Notes: generated by a model not told the origin, from the letters alone. Numbered from the whole stretch's first letter, positions 11,711 through 24,480 are shown. The stretch: 63,235 bases of DNA, filler included, from Perkinsus olseni (GCA_013115125.1; 3 parts of 3 records of this genome joined end to end with filler, not necessarily neighbours in it); one strand, 5' to 3'. Made by a program: numbers and translations.

Positions 11711-12925
11711 TGGAGTGGTGGAAGCTGAAGTACAGGAATAATTCATCGAGAAGGAGCCGAACATTAGGGAGGTATTGAGGTCTGCCGATTCAATGTCGAC
11801 TCCCAAGACTATGAAAGTCGATTGGTAGTGAACAAAACTATCAGAATTATGTCACGTCACCACGGGACAGAACTGGCGCTCGCCCACCCGCAGCGGCGAC
11901 GGCTACGACGAGGGATGGTTGTTATGGAAGCTTGCACGACAACTCAACGCAGTGCAGGGTCGCTGCAAGGGGGTCGAGGGAGAGGGAACGCTCGCACGCA
12001 CTGCGTTCACAAGCGGCATAGCCCCGAGCTAGATTGGACGAATGTGCCGCACCTCAGTCGGGGCTGGGCCAGACCGTCTGGCTCAGATGCGCGGAAGTTT
12101 GACGGGGCTCCACCGCATGGGGAGGGCGCGGAGGGTGCCATCATGTCTAAAGTCGCCAACCCTACGCCGACCGCGTGGTTTACTGTCTGTATCTCATTCT
12201 CATCACGCACTGATACGGACGAGTTAAAGCTTTGGGCTACACCACTGGAGTCCAGTGACTGGACGAAGTTGTGCTGGATCAGTTGAGATAGACCCGGGAT
12301 AGGTGACGCGGCGTAACAGATGTCACACCGGAGATGCACAGCCTGTGCCGCCCAGCCCGAGAGCTGGCTCTGAACCAGGGCCCCTGGTCCAGGAGCCTGT
12401 TTCACACAATGAAATTCATAGGTCGTGTCGGCTGAGGACGCCTTCGAAGTGGAGCTGCTCCACAACCTCCTGGTCAGCTCTCGGGATCCTCAACTCAAAC
12501 ACGTCCTAGCCTGAGGTTGGCACACTCTAGACCGTAACTAAAGCCTGGATAGATGAGCCGCGCATACAACGTCGGTCGCTTGGGCGTTCCACACAGATTG
12601 AAACGTTCCTTAATAACGAGCAATACATGAATTAGTCATCACGTCTTCCTGCTCTAAGGCTTCGACCGACTTCTTCTGCATCTTCCTCCATCCTCGCGGT
12701 CAACGTCCCAGTCGCCAATCCTCCGACGCTTGCTCCCGCTGCTGCTATTTATTTTTTGACAGCAAATATTCAATGGCCTCGTAGAAAACAGAGGCGGGAA
12801 ACCAAAAGTTGTGCCTGCCCGGCACTGCAATAAGCCCCTGCGAGCATCGAGATACTGCATGAGGGCCGAACAAAGTTGATTGAAGGACTTGCGTCGATTT
12901 AAATCAACAATTAGTTTCCTAGCCG

Positions 12926-13680
12926 TTAGTTCCTAGTTAGTTTCCTAGCCTGCTGCAGGAGCGGACAGGAGAGGAGGTAGTGCCGCGTGTTCCCCACCGG
13001 CGCCCCACAGTCTGGCGAGTTGACCACCCCGCATCTATAGAGATGGGCTGGAATTGGGGCCCTTCCGAACACAACGGCACTGCTAGCTGCCGTGACTTCC
13101 CCGCGGATCCACAAACGAACGTGTGAAGCGCAGTAAAAGAAGTCGTTGACAGAAGTGCCCAGGCTGGCTCTCTTGTCTGACCATCACTTGCGCAGTGACA
13201 GACGGCCAGCTTCTCCTTGATACCGCCGAAGAGTCCTCACACTGATTTCCGTCTCCGCAGAGACTTCCCTTATGGAGGCACCCTTGGCTGCTAGCTCATC
13301 GGCCCGTTCGTTGGCACTGATGGAACTGTGCCCCGGCACCCATCGAAGGGATACCCTACCAGGGATTAAATCCCCGGGAATCCCTCCGAATCAGATAGAT
13401 CTGTCTCGCCTTATCCCACCGGGCCGTGGATGCTCGGGACGACAGCATCTTGAGTACCGCCAGAGAGTCCGTGAAGATCTCCCAGGCCTCGTCACCCGCT
13501 GTCGAGACAATCCAGCGGACTGCTTCCAGAACTAGGAGTTCGCAATCCGTAATAGAAGCGTAGGGGGAGAGCTTCCAGAAATTGGAGTAGACCTCTCCGC
13601 CCTCGCGATAAACGACCATTGCAGCGCCGGTCTTGACGTCCTTGACCACCGGAATAAGAATAAGCCGCTGTGCCTAACAC
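12926..13680 (-). mobile_element. 5'-truncated non-LTR retrotransposon relic (RNase H plus C-terminal CCHC-like region)
   Basis: TGAAMVVY...ITDCELLVLEA...IFTDSLAVL, then (frameshifted) WVPGHSSISANERADELAAKGA, then CGAPVGNTRHYLLSCP; typical of RNase-H-bearing LINE clades. Confidence 0.85.
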
Positions 13681-14036
13681 TGGTGCACAGGGCAGAAAAG
13701 TCTTCTTTGGGGCGAAGTCGATCCACTAAACACAGAAGGTGTTAAAAAGCTACGTTCGGCTTCTTGCTCCTCACCTGAGGAGCTAGAGTCCTATGAGGCC
13801 AGATAAATATATCTAATAGTCTATCTAATGAAGCAGTACCCGCGACCTCCTTCAGTGAGGCTACATATTTGCGGTCCATGTGCCCTATACCGAAATTCGA
13901 TTTCGAATGATTTGAACCATTGGGCGCTCGGTCTCCAGCAGAAAGAATGAGCTGGAAGCCTAAGAGGCTTGCCCAAGCTGCAGGTACTGTTCAGAAGGGA
14001 AATATCCCTCGATCTAGCGTCTCTTATACGGATTGC

Positions 14037-14880
14037 TTAGACCTTAGTGAGAGCCAGGAGACCTCAGCCAGACGCCACGTAGATCGTCTTCGCGGTGGCG
14101 ACGACTACTCGCGAAAAGTCTTCGAGTTCCGGATGTTTGCCACGACACGCGTCCTTAACTTGCTTGAGGAATTGAGCCAACGTACCGTGTCCAACCGGCT
14201 CCATAGCATGGTGAAGGTATTGAAAACCACGATCGCGACGAGAAAGCTTGTGGGGGAAGCGGGTAGTGCTACGCCTTCTACACCTAACCCGTATGCCAAC
14301 GACTCCATTTTCGTAAAACTTATAACTTATTCTCATGAAGGGTGCCACAGTCTCCTTGTATATATATTCACCCGGCAACAACTCGCGTCCCACCCTCATG
14401 CAGAGAAGCTCTTCCTCGCCCAAGTTGACAAAAAAATCATCACCGCTTGTGTAGTGGAGAGTGGCTAGAGGAGGGGGCTGGTCACGTTCGTGGTCGAAGG
14501 GTTCTTCAAGGTCGAGTACTCCGACGCTTCGGAGGAAGTTCTCGACGGAGTCGTGCCAATCATCACTCGTTATGCCGGAGTGCTCGAAGTCGATGGTGTA
14601 AATGAAATTCTCTACTTTACGTAGGGGGTAAGGCCCGAGGTTGCGATGGCCAGCAGCCGGTACGTCGCCCCTACCTCCTCTAACAAGCCGAGGTTCGCGG
14701 ACTTCGACCGTCAATGTAACTTAATGGTTCTCGTTGATGTCGTAATACATGTTCAAGAGGGAGTCCTCGTAACTTACGAGGACTCCCTTACGAGTCGTGA
14801 GCAAACCTGCCAGCATCTTGGGCCTTGCTTATGACCAGAGCTGAAGCGAACAGGAGCCAAGTCGGGACGGAGTTTACCAT
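14037..14880 (-). pseudogene. Pseudogene of the secreted-protein family (copy C)
   Basis: MVNSVPTWLLFASALVISKAQ start; 28-nt frameshifting insertion near 14773-14800 relative to copy B; premature TGA at 14064-14066 before GLLALTKV*. Confidence 0.8.
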
Positions 14881-16899
14881 TTTGATGACGGAGGGGCCTT
14901 CGAGGAAACTCAAGTGCGAGAATGCCCCATCAAGGAGGAACCAATCATCGGCACGGAGTTGAGATTTGAAGATGACAGCACATTCCCGAGATCATGAACG
15001 GCGTTCATTGAACGCTGACCAGTAATGAGCGAAGCTACTGGAGCTTAGCTGCATGTCACGTCACCAGGGATCGGTTCTGGCACTCGCCAACTCCCGCCAC
15101 GCTAAGCTATGGCAAGGGATGAATTGGTAATAGCAACTTGCTATAAAAGGTTACAACACAACGCGGTGTAGTTGCGGAGCGCCGAAGTAGTTTAGATCTT
15201 GTGAATATCTCCTGAGGCATTACAGAGCCTTCAAGGCTCAGCCTTGCACCAATCATACATCGGGTATGTGCCACATACTATGTAAGCGAGACCATGGCTC
15301 GGCCCGAGCGACGCATGCGTGCCCACAGTTCAACGCAAGCACGTAAAGCGCTCAAACGGCCCAGGATCAGGGACTCCCGGTAACACAGGTGACGCCGTCA
15401 TCGTGACTTTGCATCACAGCAACACAACTCAAAAGCCGGGTTAGTACCAGGGGCTCTCTTTCATCCTGTGAAATCGTAGGCATGGAGGGCTGGAAGGGAG
15501 TGAGGATGCAGATCCTCGATTTAGAGGTTAACTCGAGCCATATACATTCGCGCTTGAATTTGGAGAAGTGACTATGGAGACGGGTACGTTGGTGTGTGTG
15601 AGTTTCTAGTCCAACGCCGAGAACCGAGAGGGGTGCACTACTCACATCGGTGTCGGACCGACACTGTCGGTATGCCCCAAACGCCCAGAACGGTGTATTC
15701 CCAGACCTCTTCAGTTCTCGAAAAGCTGATAACGAGTAGACCCCCGACTCGGGGGACGACCATGTCACGTTCGTCAATCGGGGATCTCGGGAACGTCGGA
15801 GATGCCGACGATATGGTGAGATGAGTGCCAGAAGCAATGAACAAGACTAATGGGCTTGCCTCGAGGGTGACGTGACGTGGCTCACGTCACGAATAGACAG
15901 AACGAAGCGCTCGCCAACTCGCGCAAGCGACAAGAAAGGGGCCGTCAAGTCTCAAATTCAATGACCGACTGCTAGGCCTAATTGGCACAAGCAGAGCCTC
16001 CTAGGGCTCATCCGTTTGGTGCACGAACGCGAGGTGGCAATGGATCAACCGGAGCTAAGCACGCGTGCCAGCATATCGGGCGAGCGCAGTAACCGCTCAA
16101 GCTGTCGAGGCTAGGTGACGCCCCATGACACGTGCACAATCCATGCCCCGCAGTCCGAGTACTGGGTCAGAACCAAGGGGCCTCTTGTATAGGTACGATA
16201 CAGGTACAGGACACCTCTAGGGTCACCCCAGTGGGGTGAGTGAAAGCTGGTGCAGTGCCCAGTGGTACAGCTTGACAACCGGCGTTGGACTATAAACTCA
16301 CACACACCGCTTGACAATGTACGAGCAGTGTACAATGCAGATGTGTCGTCATACAGCATCAATCTTGTACTCAACGCAATCCTACAAACCGGTTCTGTCT
16401 TTCGTGAAGTCGTACAGTTGCAAGTAATGCTGGTCTATTCTGTACAGTGAAGTTCCGTCTCGAGCCAATTCGAACGTTTAATTCCGTAAAGTGCCATTCA
16501 TTGCAGTTTCAAGGCGTTTGAGTTACAGTGTAACAAAGATGTACTTTAGGCTATAGCTTCGTATAGGTGAGAAGCAGTGTAGTGAACTCCCTCCCACATG
16601 CCATGTGGCGCATGGGTACCATTATTTGTGACGTTCTTGTGAAATTCTCTGAGCTGATTCGAGCATCAGATCAGCTGTAGTGTCCAGATCGATCCCCAGG
16701 ATTGGCGGTTCCAAAGCCGAGGACCTACCTAGGATTCCTAGGCTGGGAAAGCTAATTTCGTCGCTTCAACGAGGATGTTGATGACCCTACGCTTCAAACT
16801 CGAAGGGTCTAACTCGACCTTCTCATGACTTGATAGGATTGAAACTTCAAGGCTGGGCAAGTTGTACTTATGTTATGCGAAAGACCTGCTTCCTCGAGG

Positions 16900-19800
16900 A
16901 CCTCACGCGCAGCTCTCAGTTCCAGGGTCATGGGGAGACGTAAGGATATCGACAATTATCTCCACGCCGACTGAATATGTCCTTCTCATATATACACTGA
17001 GAACTGCTGCCCGAGTCACTCGAGCCGAGTGCTCTGCGGCAGGCTCCGCTGCTTGCCCCAAGTCGTTGTTCAACGATTGAAAGGGAGAAAGTCTTCCCCA
17101 CGCAGCAACAACGTAAAGAGGTCCTCTTCGAGAGGCCCTGGTGAAGCTAGCCAAGCCTGATTGGTCTCAGCTCAGCCGGTCCAGATGACTTCGCAGGGTA
17201 ACTCAACATCATACTAATATGACACGCCGATCACCCATCCATGACAGACGATCAGAAGCCTGGTTGGAAGATCTGCCTCTCAACCTGAAAATAAACACGT
17301 CAGCATCTTAGTTCTTGACATCGTTGCCTACCGCATGCTTAGTCTCGAGCTCCTGGCGTTGCTTTTCACCTTCTATCGCTCGGAGCTGGATCTCTTGCTC
17401 GTTTGCCTGTCACAGGTTTACCAAGGAAAAGTAGGCATGCCTAGGTACCCTCCTCTTAAGCATCTCGATTTCTTTCGTATCCTCGGCAGCATGTCTAGAC
17501 GCCTCCACCATCTCCAAATTCGTGATTTTATCCCGCAGTCTTTGCTCCATTCCGGCTACCTGTGAGCGTACCGAGCTGCGAAAACTTGCCAACCTGAAAA
17601 TGCAAGGGTGCCTCAAGGATTTTCTCTCAGAAGACCGCTCTACATCTCATAATCGATCTTTTGGCTAAGTATCATATCAACACGTGACCTTATCTCCTCC
17701 TCCACAGTAGACGCCGACCTCGTAAGCTGATCGAAGTTGTACTTGCTGGCATCTTCTAGTGTAGCGAGCTCGTTGGTGATGCGAATGGAATCCACCTCTG
17801 AGAGCAACAGTCACTGCGTAACTCAATCACCGTGAGGTTGCAGGATTCCGAACAGGGACGGTCTTTACCCGCAGCATTCGGCCGAAAACCACTGAAAGCT
17901 CGCCGGACTTCAGCCTGTTCTTCGCTGCTCTTGCGGAGCTCTTCCCCTAGTGATAAGGCTGTGTCTCTTAGACTACGAATCTCTTCGCCTAAGACAAAAA
18001 AAACTCAACCGAACAAGCGTGAAGGGCTGATCTGTCACTCAGGGATGCCGCGGCTTCTCTAAACTTTCCCACGGTCATTGAGGCCTGAAAAACTCAAAGT
18101 ACACACTCTTGTCGCGAAGCGGCGGAGATCGACTACGTTGTGGATCTTCCCTGCTGTATGCCAGTGGGCCAGACCCAACGTGCTGAAGCTAAGTGTGGCG
18201 ATTGCCAGGAAGGCTGACTTAGAACGGAGCATGAATGGGCTCCTAACCTGCCTACGTTGGAGAGTTGATACTCTAGTCATTGCTTTCAACGAAGTGGGCT
18301 TGACGGAAGGCGAATCATGCCGCTGGCATCATAATTGTCGGCGTTTGTAGAAACTTTCAACTCCGCTTGTGCCGAGGCTGTCGCTGGCCTCCACAGGCTA
18401 GCGTACTCGCGGTAGTCAATCGCGGTAGAGGAGACTAAATTGAGCGATATTGCTTCAAAAATTCTCCATTCGGTTCAGTAGTATTAATAAGAGAAGATGG
18501 AAGTAAATCCCTTAATTGAGGGTGCTCAGGGCTTAGCAAGTGCAACATCACTACTAGTTCGAAAACACGTAGTATGGACTGTATCGATCATGGCTTGGAG
18601 GACGCAGATTCGCGCAAGCAGCGTAGCAATGGGGTCTTCAGAAGCAGAAGTGGCAATATTATGGTACAATTTATGAAGGCAGGAACGTATTTCCAGTTCT
18701 TCAATGAGATCAGGGTAGCGTTGTGCAGTACCGTGGCTTCGAGGGACCACGTAATGCCAATAACAGAGAGGCCAGTGATCGCGAGGGCACGAGCACCTGA
18801 CCAGCCTGGCATAAAGATGGAGTGTGCAACATCAAAGAGGAGGATACTTGACCGTTGTCCGGCAATTATATGCGCCTGCTCTCTCATTAGAAGCCAGCTC
18901 GCGATCAGAGCCCATTCGGCAGTGCCCTGGTGGCTGTGGCCGAGACCAGTACTGCTCAGGGTCATCAGGCCAATGGTCCAGTTAGACGATGGCAGCAAGA
19001 CGTACCTGATCCGTGATCGTTGAAGATAGCCCGGGCAGCTGTAAGCACTCACAAAAGCAGCAGGACGAGCGGGGAAGGGGATGGCTGTGATCTAGGCCTG
19101 GATGGAGAGAGGCGCTCCAGCCAGAAGACAACGCAGGAGACAGCTGAGGAGAAAGGAGAGGGGTGCTCTACCACATGCCAGTACCGCTGAATGTCGCCGA
19201 AGACAAAAATCAATCCGAAGTGGCATGTTAGCTGAACAAACTTTACTCGTCTCACTCGATGACGTGACAGCCAAGTGCCCTGCCAAAGCCTTCACGTCAC
19301 CACTCATGCTCGCTGGTACTCTCTCGACCAAAAGGTGCACGGTAGAGGGCAACAGCTCGATGACGCAGAGGAGGTGACTTCGCCAATGTTGCCACTAACA
19401 TGGGACACGCAGTTGGGCACGGACAATAAACATGGACACTCAGGGAACGACGAACGCATCCCACTATGAACCAACTTGGGCTGTTCGGGACCTCAACCAG
19501 CCCCCTCGAGCTCGCAGCCATACGCTGCTGCTCACTGATGAGCGTCATCTGCAACGCTAGTGCTAAGCCTTGCCACGCTAGTAGCTTTGGATGTCATGCA
19601 ATGATCTTTACTCATTGTTTTCGGTTGTCGGGGTCGTCAGAAATCGAAGGTCCTTCATCTCACCGATCTCGATGACTCTGTGACAACGATAAGCCAGGTC
19701 ACTGCAAGCAGAGAACTGTGGACGAGTGTAGTGATTGAAATAAAGGCATCCAACAGCCAGAACGGTAGGCGTGCCACGAAGTTGCCCAGCAGACCGTATC

Positions 19801-20348
19801 TGCAATTTGCCGTACTCGGCCGCTTGGCGATGGCGCGGCCGGGTCCTCACCGAGTGGTGAAGCTCCCTCCTTGCTTCTTCCTCCTCTTCTTCGCGGCACT
19901 CCCGCCAGCAATCAGCGATAGGAAAGACAAGGTTAATACCGTCAACAACATCATTGAACGGTTCAAGAAAAAAATCGCTGCCCTCATCGCCTACGGCGTG
20001 GGCCCTACGCACACGCGCCCACCTTCCCAGACGAGTTATAGGCGCTTTCTACGTCAGTCGAGAGTGTGTCACACTCTCGACTGACGGTGTCAACATCGGT
20101 GTCACTGACACCGATAATATTTTGCAACCATTTGCTGGCAGTCGAAAGAATATATCTGTTGTAGTAGGGAGTAAGCCACGAAGCCTAGCTTCGTCTCCAC
20201 GAATATAGCGAAGTTGTTGCGTCTTCCGAGCGTTTCCATCGTCTACCGAGAAGACCTGAAAGGCCGCCAGGTTCCGCTTTCGGTTGAGACAACTTGTCTC
20301 AACCTTGTCTCAGACAAGGTAGTGATCGGTGCTTTCCTTGCAACCCAT
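16900..20348 (-). CDS. Probable multi-exon coiled-coil hypothetical protein; boundaries uncertain
   Basis: Short minus-strand segments with heptad-like composition (MEQRLRDKITNLEMVE, EEIRSLRDTALSLGEELRK, IRITNELATLEDASK), some bounded by plausible splice sites; no family recognised. Confidence 0.4.
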
Positions 20349-20936
20349 AATAATTCGAGAGTATAGAAAGTTATTGCAGCTTTTAGCATTGCTGAGCAGA
20401 AAGTATTTGGGCAGGTGAGTCATTCCTTGGCACCCTGGAATCCAGGGTCGACGTCGTCGTCGTCGTCAATCCAGGGCCTGGATTGACGACGTCGTCTAGT
20501 CGTGTTCTTTCAGCCTTCCAGTGGGAGCTAGAAAGGCTTTAAGCCTTAGGCTTACGAGGAAGTGGCTGACATAGCCACGACGGATCTAGGGACTCAGATA
20601 AACTCGGTCGTATCTTCCTTGAAGCCAATGCTGGAATTATATGACTACCTACAGAGCGACCCTCGAAGCACTATGGAGGGTCTCCTTCGCCCCTCTTTTG
20701 TACCGAAGGAGTGGCACCAACATACACACTAGGAAGATGCTGACAGGAGACCGTTCTCTTCAGGAGATCATTCTTTGCTCAAGAGTCTTCCTCTGTAGAA
20801 TACTGTGCCCAATTCGAGCGAATCCCGGGGAATACGTCATCGGTGGCCTAATTTCTATTTTCGCTGAGCGCTTCGCCCTCGGGGACGCACGGCATAGAGC
20901 GCTGCTTCTCGATAGTCAGGACCCTGACAACTTGTC

Positions 20937-20969
<33 letters not shown>

Positions 20970-21069
20970 CGGGGGGGGGGGGGGGGCCCCCCCCCCCCCC
21001 CCCAGCCGAAGGCGCAAGACCTCTGTCAAGTCACTGCTGTGTCTCCACGCCCCATCCGGGCTGAGGATA

Positions 21070-21168
21070 NNNNNNNNNNNNNNNNNNNNNNNNNNNNNNN
21101 NNNNNNNNNNNNNTTAATTAATTAANNNNNNNNNNNNNNNNNNNNNNNNNNNNNNNNNNNNNNNNNNN
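21070..21168. other. Assembly gap with artificial six-frame-stop linker TTAATTAATTAA
   Basis: N run + TTAATTAATTAA (21114-21125) + N run; poly-G/poly-C upstream and (CAA)n downstream. Confidence 0.97.
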
Positions 21169-21169
21169 N

Positions 21170-21233
<64 letters not shown>

Positions 21234-21472
21234 CGACGACGAAGTATCCTCCTTGCCCCACAACTACACCGTGTCCGACTCGGCCACCGTGCCCAACGAC
21301 TACACCGTGCCCGACTCGGCCACCGTGCCCAACGACTACACCGTGCCCGACTCGGCCACCGTGCCCAACGACTACCACAACGACGGAGTATCCTCCTTGC
21401 CCCACAACGACGAAGTATCCTCCTTCTCCTCTATTCCGTATGCTCCGAAGCAGTGATCGTGGCACCAGCTGA
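21170..21472 (+). CDS. 3' end of a Thr/Pro/Cys-rich mucin-like protein (5' part lost in the gap)
   Basis: poly-T, KYPPC, three copies of the 36-nt unit PTTTPCPTRPPC, then TTTEYPPCPTTTKYPPSPLFRMLRSSDRGTS*. Confidence 0.65.
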
Positions 21473-22254
21473 TAATGCAGTAGTGATGAGCTTTTCGCTT
21501 AATTGTCTCTCGTGAGCCCAAGTTGTTCTGGGCATCTTTGTGTATCAGATACCGTATCAGCTTTTATAGTTATCATTTTCTGAGAATCTATCCTTCACTG
21601 TAAGATTGAACCAGAGAGATCACCTGAATAGTTTTGTCGATTTCGCCTCAAGGCTGAGGGCCACCTCCATCGGGAAGGTTAGATCATATTCATCACGCTT
21701 CTTAATGTGAGCTACGGGTTCCGTAGCACGGGATTGTTTCCTGGCAAGTCTTACGTCATGTGCGTTGCCTTAAGAGAGGCTGCTGTGGAGAGAGCATGAC
21801 CCGGATCGTCTGAAATGTTCTTGAAGAGGGCAAGAACTTCATGCTGAGTGTTACGCGAGAGTCCAAACTTCCTTCGCCCATGGGCGAATTTCACTTTCGA
21901 CTGCTGTTCATGGTTAGTAGTCCAGTTGAAGTCGTTGACTGCAGCTACAGTTGAATCGTGATTCTGTCGACGAGAGCCCGAGGACTCCGACGTAAGAGTC
22001 CAGTCCTGATTAATGGTAACATGATCTGTGAACGAAAATGATTTACGGGAAATTAAAATAGCACCAGCATTCACTTCGTGGTGCCAATCAGCGCGGCGTT
22101 CGATAGACTCATTTTCTCAGACTATTCTGTAAGATCATTCTTCCTCAATAGAATCAGTCAGCCCAACTAGTCATTCACTTCATGAGTTGCTCGGAGGAGC
22201 CTCTTCCCATTTGTGATCATTGTGTTGGCTCACCTCACAAGGGAAGTGTTTGTT

Positions 22255-24480
22255 ATGATAACACTGCTACCATGTTGTTGTTGGCTTCCGTTCATGCTGC
22301 TATTCGTATTCATCTGCCTCCTTTTACTCGTTGCTGCACGATTGCTTGCAGCTTCCTGGCTGCGGATCGGACACCAGTCTAGCTTGGCGAAAGTGAGACC
22401 CGCAGGAGATGTGGTCCACACGATAGCCACTGCGTTTCGGCTGACCTCCTCATCACCTCACGCTCTTAGGTTTCAATGAACCAGTCGAGGACCAAGAAGG
22501 GTGGGGGCGAATCCGCCAGAGAGATGATGGTGGTGTTGGGCTCGGGCGGCCACACGAATGAAATGCTTACAATTCTAGAGGCGCTGTTGAATGACAAGCG
22601 AGCTGAGCGGATTTCGACGTAACCTTTTCATTCTGAGTAGCTGTTCCGTGCTTGGCCAGCTCTTCACCCTCAGGCTGCACTTAGTGCTTGCTGAGACCGA
22701 TCAAGGCAGCGTTGCTCGGGCTAAGAAGTTACTGGAAGGTCGTCAGCTCAAGGTGGAGTGGCAGTTGATCCCTAGAAGCAGAGAGGTTGGACAGAGGTGA
22801 GTCATCTTCATTCTGTTCTTCACGACTCTATGAGCATTGTAGCTGCTAATGGCTTCATCAACTCGTCATGATTTGCACACTACTACTGGTATCAGTGGTA
22901 GTGATCTGCGCGAGGAAGCGTTCCTCTCCGTGAGAGACGTTCCGGACAGAAACGAGCTTAGATTCGGCGTCGTCGTGTTTCGTGAGATATCCCTTAGGAG
23001 CAAGACCTACATGAAGATGTTCCCGCCGGGGTTCTCTTTACTACTCCGAAACGATTTTAGGACGTTCGTGTGGTTTACTTACCAGAAACTTTCTCATGAT
23101 CGCTGGTGAGACGCTTGCTTGTTGTTCCTGGTAAGAAACCAACCCAACAGAGTCCTGAGTAAAGAGGGCTCATCTCAACGTGAGGTAGCCACCCCCGGGC
23201 GACGACAATAATTCGTCTGGCTCTTACGAACCGAGTTACGAAGTAACTAGCATCACTGCTATCTCGGTATCTGCCATCCGCGCGCCAGTCAGATCGTAAC
23301 ACGTGGACCGCAACCGGGAGTCGCATCGATCATCCCAACCCACCGCTCTGTTGTCTGTAGAGGCTACAACGCAGAATTACGTGCCGGATCTCGAAGGAGT
23401 ATCCTCTGTGGTCAAAAAAACACCGGCAATCTTTGATTACGGTAAAAGCCGGAGAAATCCACCGCCTCAGACCGTCCGGTCTCGTTGACAACTCTAGGGT
23501 CTACAGCTTCGCTCCCTTGAGGGCAGTGATGGTCACCTACGATGACGTGTCGGGTGCAGGCCTCTTGCGGGATAGGGCCATCAGGGTGGTAGAATCATGT
23601 GTGCAAGTTGCATACTATTACTCTGGTCACCAGAGTCTGGTGACTGCGGGCCACGATAACGCTCATGACTCCTGTGCGGAGTGAAGACAAAGCATCACTT
23701 TTCTGGCACAAGCAGACCGAGGAAAGCAGGAGAAGAGGAAAGCCAGGGGTCCGACTTATTAAGCTCTCCCTACCCATTAATCTCGTCTCGGTCAGCGTAT
23801 TTTGGTATGTCGTGTACGGCCGGCCACACCCAAGCCGTACTCAGCGCTTCCCTCAGGGTATATTGCTTCGTTAATGCGATACGGTAGCGTACGGTGACTT
23901 GAGCAAAGTCTGTCCCGCTCGTTGCACGCATACTCATAAAGCGTTTTATTTTCCATATTGTGATGCCCCACTCAAAAAGACCCTTCGAAAACCCGTAAGG
24001 AGGGCCCGCTTGACTCTCCACCAGTTAAATTTGGGTTTGAGGCTGCTAACGCTCTGGATAACTTTCTGAAGTCACAGGCCTTGACCATGATCATCCTCCC
24101 TTATTCAGCTACTTCACAACGATCTTCACAACGCTGGCATCGATCTGGGCATGCCTTTCCATAGTATGGAGATCACCACCCTCTCTACTACTAGTGAACG
24201 GCCCCGGTACGTGTGTACCCGTCGTTGCAGCTGTCATCCTCCGGGAAGCATTGGGCCTCACACCCGGTAAGCTCCGTACAGAGGGCTTCGGTTCGGTGCC
24301 ATTTTTCTCCATCCAGGTCGTTGCTCAATCGTTTATGTGGAGTCCATCTGTCGAGTCACTACGTTGTCACTTACCGGTTCACTTTTTCACTACCTGGGAC
24401 TGTGTGACCTCCTAGTGGTGCAATGGGAGGTTCTCGCTAGAAAGTACCACCGTACTCGATACCTAGGCTGTTTGCTGTAG
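22255..24480 (+). CDS. ALG14: UDP-GlcNAc transferase subunit ALG14
   Basis: N-terminal TM segment; VLGSGGHTNEM, IPRSREVGQ|SYFTTIFTTL, NGPGTCVPV, VYVESICRVTTLSLTG and VVQWEVLARKY; 1312-nt intron at 22797-24108. Confidence 0.92.

Noticed and set aside
14064-14066. In-frame TGA as possible recoding or alternative genetic code
   Set aside because: The same gene also carries a frameshift, and other genes here use TGA as a normal stop
20939-21003. Poly-G/poly-C tract giving a Gly/Pro ORF (similar tract at 42080-42120)
   Set aside because: Lies at contig ends and is probably low-quality sequence
21114-21125. TTAATTAATTAA palindrome, repeated at 42281-42292
   Set aside because: Artificial contig linker embedded in N runs
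21253-21375. 36-nt tandem repeats as a possible CRISPR array
   Set aside because: No unique spacers and no cas genes; the repeat is in-frame coding sequence in a eukaryote
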